From NCBI GenBank assembly GCA_021298995.1, contig JAJTGB010000012.1, positions 1,486 through 65,485 of the forward strand: a stretch of 64,000 nt of DNA, written 5' to 3'. The notes beneath the pieces were generated by a model, which saw nothing but the letters and a program-made list of their open reading frames with translations, searched no databases and was not told the origin of the DNA. Source of the DNA: Comamonadaceae bacterium. Lineage in GTDB: Bacteria > Pseudomonadota > Gammaproteobacteria > Burkholderiales > Burkholderiaceae_C. Below, piece after piece: positions 44,857-54,357 of this stretch. Positions within the stretch are counted from its first letter, which is position 1. The number at the start of each line of letters is the position of its first letter. The translations under genes were made by a program, and so were the position numbers.

Positions 44857-46119
44857 TCAGGCTTTGGCTTGATTGATTTCGGGTAATTTTTTAATAGACC
44901 TCAATTGAGGCCTGATGTAAGCAACGATGGCAACCATCAGGGTGCCAAGGCCTGCACACAGCAAAGAACTGCGCATGCCAATGTGCTCAGCCATCCAACC
45001 TCCTAAGATGGCCCCAGGCCCAGCAGGCAGCGTGATCAACCAACGCATGGTCGTGGTCATTCTGCCCAAGAGGTCGGTGGGTGTGTATGACTGCCTGAGC
45101 GACAAAAAATTGACGAACAGCAAAGTGGCGCCCCAACTAAAGCAAAGCAGCATCCATGCAAAGAGAAAAATGCTTGGTAAATGTCCTTCAAGCAAAAGAA
45201 GGCTTAACCATCCGATTGAGGTGATGACAATGCCAAGAATCAGTGCCGGCCCTAAACCGATGCGTTTTGAAATAGGCGGCCCCGCCATGCCACCTAAGAT
45301 GGAACCCAAGCCCATGGCCACAAAACTCAAAGCCACCAATGCCTCATCCAAGCCCAGATCTTTGACGGCAAAAATGATCTGAACTGACAGCGCCATTTGT
45401 GCAAAGAATTGCCAAGCCCCCACAACCACGGCCATTTCAATCAGCATGTTGTGAGAGCGAACAAAATTAAGACCCTTCATCAGTTCTGCTTTGAACGAAC
45501 GGTCCTTCCAAGTCGATCTGGGTGGCACTTGTTCATGGATTCGTATCCCTTTGAGCATGACCACTGAACCAATCAGCAAAATGGCGTCCATGACCAGTGC
45601 CAAAGGTGCGCCCAATACTTTGATCAAAATACCCGCTAAACCTGGCCCCATCACTTCAGCCATAGAACCTGCTATGGCATTTTGGGAATAGGCTTCCACC
45701 AGTTTGTCGCGCCCGACCAGCTGGGTCAACACCAGCTGTGAGGCCGAGCCAGCAATGGTGTAAACAGCACCAATGGCAAAGCAAACTGCATACATCCATC
45801 CCATGGTGAGTAAATCGAGGGCCCATGCCAGAGGTATGGTGAGCAATGAGAGGCCCATGACAAATTCGCCTGCAATATAGACAGGCAGCTTTTGCATGCG
45901 ATCTAGCAAAACACCACCAGGCAAAGACAAAAGCACAAAGGGCGCAATTTCCATGGCTGTGAGAAGGCCCATCTGAGTGGGAGAAGCATCTAGCAAAAAG
46001 ACCGCGGTGAGAGGGAGGGCTAGAAGCGTAATTTGCCCACCCAAATTGCTGAATAAAATTGAAAACCACATCCGCTTGTAGCCGGGGATTTTGAACAATG
46101 GACTTTGAAAAATATTCAT
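44857..46119 (-). CDS. MFS transporter (probable efflux type)
   Basis: About 12 hydrophobic segments, GGVLLDRM, LRQSYTPTDLLGRM. Confidence 0.88.
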   Translation of the reverse strand: MNIFQSPLFKIPGYKRMWFSILFSNLGGQITLLALPLTAVFLLDASPTQMGLLTAMEIAPFVLLSLPGGVLLDRMQKLPVYIAGEFVMGLSLLTIPLAWALDLLTMGWMYAVCFAIGAVYTIAGSASQLVLTQLVGRDKLVEAYSQNAIAGSMAEVMGPGLAGILIKVLGAPLALVMDAILLIGSVVMLKGIRIHEQVPPRSTWKDRSFKAELMKGLNFVRSHNMLIEMAVVVGAWQFFAQMALSVQIIFAVKDLGLDEALVALSFVAMGLGSILGGMAGPPISKRIGLGPALILGIVITSIGWLSLLLLEGHLPSIFLFAWMLLCFSWGATLLFVNFLSLRQSYTPTDLLGRMTTTMRWLITLPAGPGAILGGWMAEHIGMRSSLLCAGLGTLMVAIVAYIRPQLRSIKKLPEINQAKA

Positions 46120-46228
46120 TCGGTTAACAATTACTCAGTGCACAGGGCATGTCAATTCAGCTTAGGCTTTTACAAGGCCTTAAAAAAGAAAACCCCACTA
46201 AAACGGTGTTCTAGCAGGGTTTCATATG

Positions 46229-46318
46229 TGGCGGAGCAGGCGGGATTCGAACCCGCGGTGGGGATAAACCCACACACGCTTTCCAGGCGTGCGACTTAAA
46301 CCACTCATCCACCGCTCC
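46229..46318 (-). tRNA. tRNA-Ser (GGA)
   Basis: Reverse complement GGAGCGG...CTGGAAA loop, long variable arm, GTTCGAATC, CTGCTCC-GCCA; 90 nt. Confidence 0.96.
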
Positions 46319-46328
46319 GAATGGGCTG

Positions 46329-46337
46329 ATTCTATCA
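46329..46337 (-). promoter_or_regulatory. Extended -10 promoter for tRNA-Ser
   Basis: TGATAGAAT on the minus strand, 10 nt before the tRNA. Confidence 0.55.
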
Positions 46338-46448
46338 GAGGATCAGATGGAAAATGACAGTGAGAGCGTACCTTGGTATTCGAAATTAGAACGGCAAAGG
46401 TCTTTAAATTCTTTACACTTATGGTTTGAACATTGAATTGGGCGCCTC

Positions 46449-48719
46449 ATGAAATTCCGTTTTCCGATTGTCATCATTGACGAAGATTACCGTTCTGAAA
46501 ACACATCTGGTTTGGGAATTCGCGCCTTGGCGCAAGCCATCGAAACTGAAGGATTTGAAGTGTTGGGGGTTACCAGTTATGGCGACCTTTCGCAGTTTGC
46601 GCAACAGCAATCACGCGCCAGTGCCTTTATTTTGTCGATTGACGATGAGGAGTTCACGCCCGGCCCCGACCTCGATCCTGCTGTTTTGAGCTTGCGTGCC
46701 TTCATTGAGGAAGTGCGTCGCAAGAATGCGGATGTGCCCATTTACATCTACGGCGAAACCAAAACTTCTCGCCATATTCCCAACGACATCTTGCGCGAAC
46801 TGCATGGCTTCATTCACATGTTTGAAGACACGCCAGAGTTTGTATCGCGCCACATCATTCGCGAAGCCAAGAGTTATTTAGAAGGCGTCCAACCACCTTT
46901 CTTCAAAGCCTTGCTTGACTACGCAGAAGACGGATCGTACTCCTGGCATTGCCCGGGTCACTCAGGCGGTGTGGCGTTCTTGAAGAGCCCTGTGGGTCAG
47001 ATGTACCACCAGTTTTATGGTGAAAACATGTTGCGTGCCGACGTTTGCAATGCAGTGGAAGAGTTGGGTCAATTGCTTGACCACAACGGCGCTATTGGCG
47101 AAAGTGAACGCAATGCCGCCCGCATTTTCAACGCGGACCATTGTTTCTTTGTGACCAATGGCACCAGTACCTCCAACAAAATGGTGTGGCACCACACAGT
47201 AGCCCCTGGCGATGTGGTGGTGGTCGATCGCAATTGCCACAAGTCAATTTTGCACGCCATCATCATGACGGGTGCTATTCCCGTCTTCTTGAAGCCTACG
47301 CGCAACCATTACGGCATCATTGGCCCCATTCCTCAAAGCGAATTTGAAGTGGCCAACATTCAGTCCAAGATCAAGGCCAACCCCTTGCTCAAGGGCGTGG
47401 ATGCCAAGAAGGTCAAGCCCCGAGTCATGACCCTCACGCAGTCAACTTACGATGGCGTGTTGTACAACACCGAAACCATCAAGGGCATGCTGGACGGCTA
47501 TGTAGAAAACTTGCACTTCGATGAAGCCTGGCTCCCGCATGCGGCCTTTCACCCTTTCTATGGCACCTATCACGCCATGGGCAAGAAGCGCCCACGCCCC
47601 AAAAACTCAGTGGTGTATGCCACGCAGTCCATTCACAAGTTGTTGGCTGGCATTAGCCAAGCCAGTCATGTGCTCATTCAAGATTCGCAAAACACCAAAT
47701 TGGACCGGCATTTGTTCAATGAGGCCTACCTGATGCACACCAGCACCAGCCCGCAGTACAGCATCATTGCCAGCTGCGACGTGGCAGCGGCCATGATGGA
47801 GCCACCTGGTGGCACCGCTTTGGTAGAAGAGAGCATTGCCGAGGCCTTGGACTTTCGCCGCGCCATGCGCAAGGTGGATGATGAGTATGGCAAAGACTGG
47901 TGGTTCAAAGTGTGGGGCCCAGAGAATTTGGTGGATGAGGGCATTGGCCGTGCAGAAGACTGGATCATTCGCAGTGACTCGCGCAAGAAGGGCAGCAAGT
48001 GGCACGGCTTCGGTCAAATGGCCGATGGCTTCAACATGCTCGACCCCATCAAGGCCACCATTGTCACGCCGGGCTTGAATCTGGATGGCAAGTTTGACAA
48101 GACGGGTATCCCTGCCTCAGTACTCACCAAGTTCCTGACAGAGCATGGTGTTGTGGTTGAAAAAACGGGCCTGTACAGTTTCTTCATCATGTTTACCATT
48201 GGCATCACCAAAGGCCGCTGGAATTCTTTGTTAACTGCCTTGCAGCAGTTCAAAGACGACTATGACCGCAACCAACCCATGTGGCGCATCATGCCGGAGT
48301 TCTGTCAGAAGCAACCTAAGTACGAGCGCATGGGGCTGCGTGATTTGTGTCAACACATTCACACTTTGTATGCCAAATATGACATTGCGCGTTTGACCAC
48401 TGAAATGTATTTGTCAGACTTGACGCCTGCCATGACACCTGCCGATGCTTATGCTCAAATTGCCCGCCGCAAAACGGAGCGTGTGGCAATCGATGAGTTG
48501 GAAGGTCGCATCACGGTGGGATTGGTTACGCCTTACCCCCCTGGCATTCCGCTGTTGGTGCCTGGCGAGGTGTTTAACAAGAAAATTGTTGACTACCTGA
48601 AGTTCTCACGAGAATTCAATATGCAATGTCCAGGCTTTGAAACCGACATCCATGGTTTGGTAGAAGAAATTGGCGAAGATGGAATCAAGCGTTATTTTGC
48701 AGATTGTGTTGCCGTTTAA
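46449..48719 (+). CDS. Arginine/lysine/ornithine decarboxylase (wing-domain, PLP fold I)
   Basis: Receiver-like wing domain, WHCPGHSGG, NGTSTSN, DRNCHKS, TQSIHKLL, PYPPGIP. Confidence 0.94.
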   Translation: MKFRFPIVIIDEDYRSENTSGLGIRALAQAIETEGFEVLGVTSYGDLSQFAQQQSRASAFILSIDDEEFTPGPDLDPAVLSLRAFIEEVRRKNADVPIYIYGETKTSRHIPNDILRELHGFIHMFEDTPEFVSRHIIREAKSYLEGVQPPFFKALLDYAEDGSYSWHCPGHSGGVAFLKSPVGQMYHQFYGENMLRADVCNAVEELGQLLDHNGAIGESERNAARIFNADHCFFVTNGTSTSNKMVWHHTVAPGDVVVVDRNCHKSILHAIIMTGAIPVFLKPTRNHYGIIGPIPQSEFEVANIQSKIKANPLLKGVDAKKVKPRVMTLTQSTYDGVLYNTETIKGMLDGYVENLHFDEAWLPHAAFHPFYGTYHAMGKKRPRPKNSVVYATQSIHKLLAGISQASHVLIQDSQNTKLDRHLFNEAYLMHTSTSPQYSIIASCDVAAAMMEPPGGTALVEESIAEALDFRRAMRKVDDEYGKDWWFKVWGPENLVDEGIGRAEDWIIRSDSRKKGSKWHGFGQMADGFNMLDPIKATIVTPGLNLDGKFDKTGIPASVLTKFLTEHGVVVEKTGLYSFFIMFTIGITKGRWNSLLTALQQFKDDYDRNQPMWRIMPEFCQKQPKYERMGLRDLCQHIHTLYAKYDIARLTTEMYLSDLTPAMTPADAYAQIARRKTERVAIDELEGRITVGLVTPYPPGIPLLVPGEVFNKKIVDYLKFSREFNMQCPGFETDIHGLVEEIGEDGIKRYFADCVAV

Positions 48720-48889
48720 ACACGCTTCCTGTGTGATTCAAAATTTGTCCATCATGGTGTTCTAGAGACGGGTGCCCCATACGAAGCTCTGTTTCGTTGT
48801 GTTATTACAACAGGCCCCGCTTTATGAGCATCTTTTTGGTGATGTGAAATCACGACTGAAAGAAAGCATTCTCAATGAGAGTTGAGGGC

Positions 48890-49669
48890 CTACTCGATGC
48901 CGCCGACCACATGGCTAAATCCGCCGTCGACATAAATAATTTCAGCTGAAATGCCTGCGGAAAGTGGGCTCATCAAAAATGCTGCTGTATTTCCAACATC
49001 CTCGATGGTCACATTTCTTCGAATGGGCGATGTTGCGGCAACAGCGCTCAAAATTTTGCCAAAGTCTTTGATGCCAGAAGCTGCAAGGGTTTTGATGGGG
49101 CCCGCACTGATGCCATTGACCCTGATTTTTTTGGGTCCTAAGGAATTTGCCAAGTACCTGACAGAGGCTTCAAGCGAGGCCTTTGCAAGACCCATGGTGT
49201 TGTAGTTGGGAACGACCTTGAGAGAGCCCAAGTAGGTGAGAGTTAACAAGGCGGCATCTTCTCTCAAGTAGGGTAGAGCCGCTTTGGCCATGGCTGGAAA
49301 ACTGTAGGCACTGATGTCATGCGCAATCTTAAAACCCTCACGACTTAAGCCTTCCATGAAATCGCCAGCAATGGCCTCTTTGGGCGCGTAGCCAATGCTG
49401 TGCACAAAGCCATCAAATTGTGGCCAGTGTTGCGACAAGTCTTGAAATAACTTGTTGATCTGTTCGTCGTTGCCAACATCACAATCAAATATGAGTTTTG
49501 AATTGAAGTCTGCCGCAAATTCAGTGATGCGGTCTTTGAATCGCTCTCCCACATAGCTGAAAGCCAACTCAGCGCCTTGTGCATGACACGATTTCGCAAT
49601 GCCATAAGCGATTGACCTGTTAGAAAGAACACCTGTGATCAATATTTTTTTGCCGGATAGAAAGCTCAT
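48890..49669 (-). CDS. fabI: Enoyl-ACP reductase
   Basis: [36 protein letters not shown]. Confidence 0.97.
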   Translation of the reverse strand: MSFLSGKKILITGVLSNRSIAYGIAKSCHAQGAELAFSYVGERFKDRITEFAADFNSKLIFDCDVGNDEQINKLFQDLSQHWPQFDGFVHSIGYAPKEAIAGDFMEGLSREGFKIAHDISAYSFPAMAKAALPYLREDAALLTLTYLGSLKVVPNYNTMGLAKASLEASVRYLANSLGPKKIRVNGISAGPIKTLAASGIKDFGKILSAVAATSPIRRNVTIEDVGNTAAFLMSPLSAGISAEIIYVDGGFSHVVGGIE

Positions 49670-49761
49670 TTTGGTTCTTGTCAAGTTGCGTTATCTTGTA
49701 TTTTGACACGATACACCCCTAAATTTGGGCACAATAAGCGCTTGTTGAAAAGGGTTGAACG

Positions 49762-51918
49762 TTGAACTTCGATAAAAGTCATTTCTGGAAAATTGGGGCC
49801 GGCTTGTTGGTAGCTGCTTTGATTTCAGGCTGCAACGGTGTTTCCAACGAACCCGTACCCAAGGCCTTGCTGGCAGAAAATGCCCTCTTTACGTCCTATC
49901 AAGAATCGCCCAAATATTTAGATTCCACCTCCTCGTACAGCAACAACGAAACGCCCTGGACCTATGCGGTGTACGAGCCGCCACTCAAATACCACTATTT
50001 GAAGCGCCCCTATGAGTTAGAAACCCGAACGCTAACCCAAATGCCATCGGTTAAATATCTGAGCAAAGATGGACGAGAGCTTTCTGCTCAATCATCTGCT
50101 GATCAAATTGCCGAGAGTGTGTTTGAGCTCAAAATTCAGCCGGGCATCATGTATCAGCCCCATCCAGCTTTTGCCAAAACAGCAGATGGCAAACACCGTT
50201 ATTTGGCCTTGACTGATTCCGACATTGAAGGAAAGCGACGCCCGTACGATTTTGAGCACATGGGCACGCGTGAGTTGCTGGCAGAGGACTATGCCTACGC
50301 CATCAAGCGATTGGCCACCCCCCGAGTGAAGTCGCCTTCATTCGGATTTTTGTCTGAAAAAATAATGGGCTTGGCCGATTACGGCAAACACATCAAAAGC
50401 GTCAATGAGCAACTCAAGCAAGGTAAGTCTGCTCGTGAAGCCGGTCCATTGGGTCATCTACCATGGCTCGACTTTCGAGAGCACGCGCTTTCAGGCGTTG
50501 AAGTGGTTGACGCGCACACTTTGAAAATTCGGGTGTTGGGCAAGTACCCTCAATTTAAATATTGGCTGGCCATGACTTTTTTCGCACCCATTCCATGGGA
50601 GGTTGATGCGTTTTACTCTCAAGATGGCATGTCACGTCGCAACCTCAATCCAGACACATGGCCGGTGGGTACAGGTCCCTATATGTTGACGGAATACATT
50701 CCCAATTCACGCATGGAATTGGTACGAAATCCCAACTACAGAGGTGTTCCTTATCCTTGTGAGGGTGCGCCTGGCGATCAAGAAAAAGGCTTGTTGAAGG
50801 ATTGCGGCAAGAAGACGCCGTTTGTCGACAAAGTGGTTTCTGTGATTGAAAAGGAGTCCACCGCCTTGGCCACCAAATTCATTCAAGGCTATTACGACAT
50901 GCCGCAACTTGAACGGGGCGAGCCGGGCATTGGATATCAAGTGTCAATTCAAGATGGCACGGGTCGAGCCAAAGAGTTATTGGACCGGAAAATTCAATTG
51001 CCCAGCACCATTCAAGTGGGTTTTTGGCACTTTGGTTTTAACTGGTTAGACCCTGTGGTGGGACTTGGTAAAACGCCTGAAGACAAGATTAGAAACAAAA
51101 AACTTCGACAAGCCTTGGCCATTGCATTTGATTTTGAAGAGTATGTCTCTATTTTTGAAGACGATCGCGCCCAGGTGAACCACAGCGTGGTGGTGCCTGG
51201 TTTGTTTGGCAACAATTTGTCGCAACCCAACCCTGTCATTTACGACAAATTGCCAGATGGCAAATACAAGCGCAAATCGATTGAGGCTGCCAAGAAATTG
51301 ATGGTTGAAGCGGGTTATCCCAACGGCCGCGATGCCAAGACGGGCCAGCCACTTGTTTTGAATTACGACACCCAAGGCGTTGGCCCTGGCTACAAGGCCA
51401 GATTAGATTGGGTGTCCAAGCAATTTGCCAAACTCAATATCCAAATTGAAATTAGAAACACCGACTACAACCGCTTTCAAGACAAGATGCGCAAAGGCTC
51501 TGCGCAGTTCTTTTTCTGGGGTTGGTTGGCGGACTATCCCGATCCGGAAAACTTTTTGTTCTTGCTCTATGGCCCCAACTCCAAGGCTAAGTTTGATGGC
51601 GAGAATTCAAGCAACTATGCCAACGCAGAATACGACAAGTTGTTTGATCGCATGAAAGACTTAGACGACACGCCAGAACGTGCCGCCATGATTGCCAAAA
51701 TGATTGAGATCACCCAAGACGAGTTGCCCATGTTGTATGGTTGGTCGGAGGAGTTTGGTGGTAGCAAAATCAAAGAGTGGAATCAAGGCATTTGGTGGCC
51801 TGTGGCCATCTTGCCATTGTTGCTTCTGGCATTGGCTTGGCCAGCATGGCAAGCTTGGCGCAGGCGTCAATCGCAACAAGCTGTTCGAGCCACCTCACAA
51901 GCACAAAGGAGGCTGTGA
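49762..51918 (+). CDS. Family 5 ABC solute-binding lipoprotein with C-terminal TM helix
   Basis: Lipobox ISGC, YEPPLKYHYLKRPY, PVGTGPY, WLADYPDPENFL, hydrophobic tail followed by RRR. Confidence 0.9.
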   Translation: MNFDKSHFWKIGAGLLVAALISGCNGVSNEPVPKALLAENALFTSYQESPKYLDSTSSYSNNETPWTYAVYEPPLKYHYLKRPYELETRTLTQMPSVKYLSKDGRELSAQSSADQIAESVFELKIQPGIMYQPHPAFAKTADGKHRYLALTDSDIEGKRRPYDFEHMGTRELLAEDYAYAIKRLATPRVKSPSFGFLSEKIMGLADYGKHIKSVNEQLKQGKSAREAGPLGHLPWLDFREHALSGVEVVDAHTLKIRVLGKYPQFKYWLAMTFFAPIPWEVDAFYSQDGMSRRNLNPDTWPVGTGPYMLTEYIPNSRMELVRNPNYRGVPYPCEGAPGDQEKGLLKDCGKKTPFVDKVVSVIEKESTALATKFIQGYYDMPQLERGEPGIGYQVSIQDGTGRAKELLDRKIQLPSTIQVGFWHFGFNWLDPVVGLGKTPEDKIRNKKLRQALAIAFDFEEYVSIFEDDRAQVNHSVVVPGLFGNNLSQPNPVIYDKLPDGKYKRKSIEAAKKLMVEAGYPNGRDAKTGQPLVLNYDTQGVGPGYKARLDWVSKQFAKLNIQIEIRNTDYNRFQDKMRKGSAQFFFWGWLADYPDPENFLFLLYGPNSKAKFDGENSSNYANAEYDKLFDRMKDLDDTPERAAMIAKMIEITQDELPMLYGWSEEFGGSKIKEWNQGIWWPVAILPLLLLALAWPAWQAWRRRQSQQAVRATSQAQRRL

Positions 51919-52895
51919 TGTTCAGTTTCTTAACCCGTAAATTGGCCTATGGATTTGCCATTTTGATTGGCATCAATTTGCTCACTTTTGTGTTGTTCTT
52001 CAAGGTAAACACACCCGATGACATGGCACGCATGCAACTGGGTGGCAAGCGCGTCACGCCCGATGCCATTGAGAAATGGAAAGCAGAACGTGGGTATGAC
52101 AGACCCTTGTTTTTCAATGAAAATGAGCAGGGTATTTCTCAGCTCACTAACACCTTGTTTTTAGACAGCTCCTTGCGCATGTTTGCCTTTGACTTTGGCC
52201 GTGCCGACAGTGGCCGCGACATTGCTTCTGAAATTGTTCGGCGCGCAGGACCATCCCTTGCACTGGCGCTGCCAACCTTTGTGGTGGGCTTGGGCATTTC
52301 TGTGGTGTTGGCTTTGGGGCTTGCGTTTTTCCGAGGCACCTATCTGGACTTTTGGGGCACGGTACTGTGTGTGGTGTTCATGTCGATCTCCTCACTTTTT
52401 TTCATCGTGATCGGGCAGTTCATGTTCTCGCGAGTTTTGCAGCTGATGCCTGTGTCAGGCTTTGCCCCGGGCTTGGATGCTTGGCGATTTTTAGTCTTGC
52501 CCATCGCCGTTGGCATCTTGGCTCGCTTGGGAGGTGAGGTCAGGTTTAACCGCACCTTGTTCATGGAAGAAATTGGCAAAGACTATGTACGCACTGCACG
52601 TTCAAAAGGCTTGTCGGAGGCCAGGGTGATGCTGAGCCACGTACTTCGCAATGCGCTCATCCCTATCTTGAGCGCTTCGGTCGCGGTCATTCCCTTGTTG
52701 TTCATGGGCAGCCTCATTACCGAATCTTTCTTTGCCATTCCTGGATTGGGCAGCTATTTGATTGAAGCCATATCGGGACAAGACTTTGCCATTGTTCGCG
52801 CTATGGTGTTCATTGGCTCCTTTTTGTACATCCTAGGTTTGATTTTGACCGACATCAGCTATACCTTGGCTGACCCACGCATTCGATTGCAGTAA
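51918..52895 (+). CDS. Peptide ABC permease (OppB-like)
   Basis: AGGAGG and TGATG overlap; DYVRTARSKGL, HVLRNAL, DPRIRL. Confidence 0.93.
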   Translation: MFSFLTRKLAYGFAILIGINLLTFVLFFKVNTPDDMARMQLGGKRVTPDAIEKWKAERGYDRPLFFNENEQGISQLTNTLFLDSSLRMFAFDFGRADSGRDIASEIVRRAGPSLALALPTFVVGLGISVVLALGLAFFRGTYLDFWGTVLCVVFMSISSLFFIVIGQFMFSRVLQLMPVSGFAPGLDAWRFLVLPIAVGILARLGGEVRFNRTLFMEEIGKDYVRTARSKGLSEARVMLSHVLRNALIPILSASVAVIPLLFMGSLITESFFAIPGLGSYLIEAISGQDFAIVRAMVFIGSFLYILGLILTDISYTLADPRIRLQ

Positions 52896-52902
52896 GCGCA
52901 CC

Positions 52903-54357
52903 ATGCAACCTGTATTTTTACTAACTGACTTGTTTGTCTATGGCATCTTGCTGTTTGTGCTTTGGTACATCTGGCATGTGCGTTCCGATCGCAATCTCAG
53001 AGCCAACTGGCGTTTGGCCATGCAGCGCCCTGTGGCTATGGTGAGCAGCATGGTGCTGGGCTTCTTTTTGGTTGTGGCCCTCACAGACTCCATACACTTT
53101 CGGGAAGCGCTTCCAGCAGCACCCGGCCAAGCTACTCAATATTCATCTGAAGCCAGCTCGGTTTTAGACAAAGTGCTTGAGCCCTTGGCAAAAGCACGTG
53201 AGCGCAGTTATTCGGAGCCATTGTCTGCCGTTGGATTCAGAAAAGAAACTTTTGAGCGCGATGGCGTGTCTGTTCGTGACTATCCAAGGCTGAGTTTTGG
53301 CGGGCAACATTTGGCGGATCCAGCACAAGAGTTGTCCGCTGATGTCTCAAGCAAAACCTGGTCGTCTTTGGGTTTGAGCTTGATCATCATTGGTGTGACT
53401 TTTTTGATAGGCCTAGCTTGGGCTGCAGCTCGAACGGGTCAAACTTTCTCTGCAGTTTGGTCAAGGTTTCAATCAGGTCAAACCGATTGGCCATGGCGAT
53501 CAATGGCCATCACTTTTGCGCTCATGGTTTTGTGCATCTCTTGGGTGGCCGTGTTGTCTCAGGGGTATCACGTTTTTGGCACCGACCGCACTGGCAATTC
53601 TGTGTTGGTCTTTGCACTTAAAAGCGTTCGCACAGCGCTTGTCATTGGTGGCCTTACCACCTTGGTGGTTTTACCCTTGGCATTGTTGTTAGGCGTTATG
53701 GCGGGTTATTTGCGCGGCTGGGTGGATGAGGTCATTCAGTACATCTACACCTTGTTGGCTTCCATTCCCGACGTGCTTTTGATTGCAGCGTCTGTGTTGC
53801 TGTTGCAAGTGTTCATTGATAAAAACCAAGGCGTGTTTGAAACGGCCTTAGAACGCGCTGATGCACGCTTGTTTTTCCTTTGTTTGATTTTGGGGATTAC
53901 CTCCTTCACAGGACTGTGCAGACTGGTGCGAGGTGAAACCTTGAAACTCCGGGAGCTTGAGTACATTCAATCTGCGCGTGCTTTTGGTGTTTCAACGCCG
54001 CGTGTTTTGTGGCGTCACATCGTGCCCAACTTGATGCACTTGGTTTTGATCAACACGGTCATGCAGTTTTCCAGCTTTGTTTTGGCTGAAGCGGTGCTGT
54101 CTTATGTGGGTGTGGGTGTAGACCCCAAAACTGCCAGCTTTGGTGTGATGATCAATACGGCGCGTGCTGAACTGGCGCAATCGCCCTTGGTATGGTGGTC
54201 TTTGACCACGGCCTTTGGTTTCATGTTCCTCATTGTGCTCAGTGCCAATTTGTTGGCAGATGCTGTGCGCGATGCCTTTGATCCTCGAACCCGCTTGCGC
54301 AGTGTCACGCCTGTGGCTGCCAACTCAAAAGTTGGCACCGAAGGAGCTACCGCATGA
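52903..54357 (+). CDS. Peptide ABC permease (OppC-like, extended)
   Basis: HVFGTDRTG, EYIQSARAFG, ADAVRDAFDPR. Confidence 0.92.
   Translation: MQPVFLLTDLFVYGILLFVLWYIWHVRSDRNLRANWRLAMQRPVAMVSSMVLGFFLVVALTDSIHFREALPAAPGQATQYSSEASSVLDKVLEPLAKARERSYSEPLSAVGFRKETFERDGVSVRDYPRLSFGGQHLADPAQELSADVSSKTWSSLGLSLIIIGVTFLIGLAWAAARTGQTFSAVWSRFQSGQTDWPWRSMAITFALMVLCISWVAVLSQGYHVFGTDRTGNSVLVFALKSVRTALVIGGLTTLVVLPLALLLGVMAGYLRGWVDEVIQYIYTLLASIPDVLLIAASVLLLQVFIDKNQGVFETALERADARLFFLCLILGITSFTGLCRLVRGETLKLRELEYIQSARAFGVSTPRVLWRHIVPNLMHLVLINTVMQFSSFVLAEAVLSYVGVGVDPKTASFGVMINTARAELAQSPLVWWSLTTAFGFMFLIVLSANLLADAVRDAFDPRTRLRSVTPVAANSKVGTEGATA

Noticed and set aside
47350-48100. Apparently GC-richer codons inside the decarboxylase gene
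   Set aside because: Judged by eye only, and similar C-ending bias occurs in nusA, infB and typA; no case for horizontal transfer without computation.
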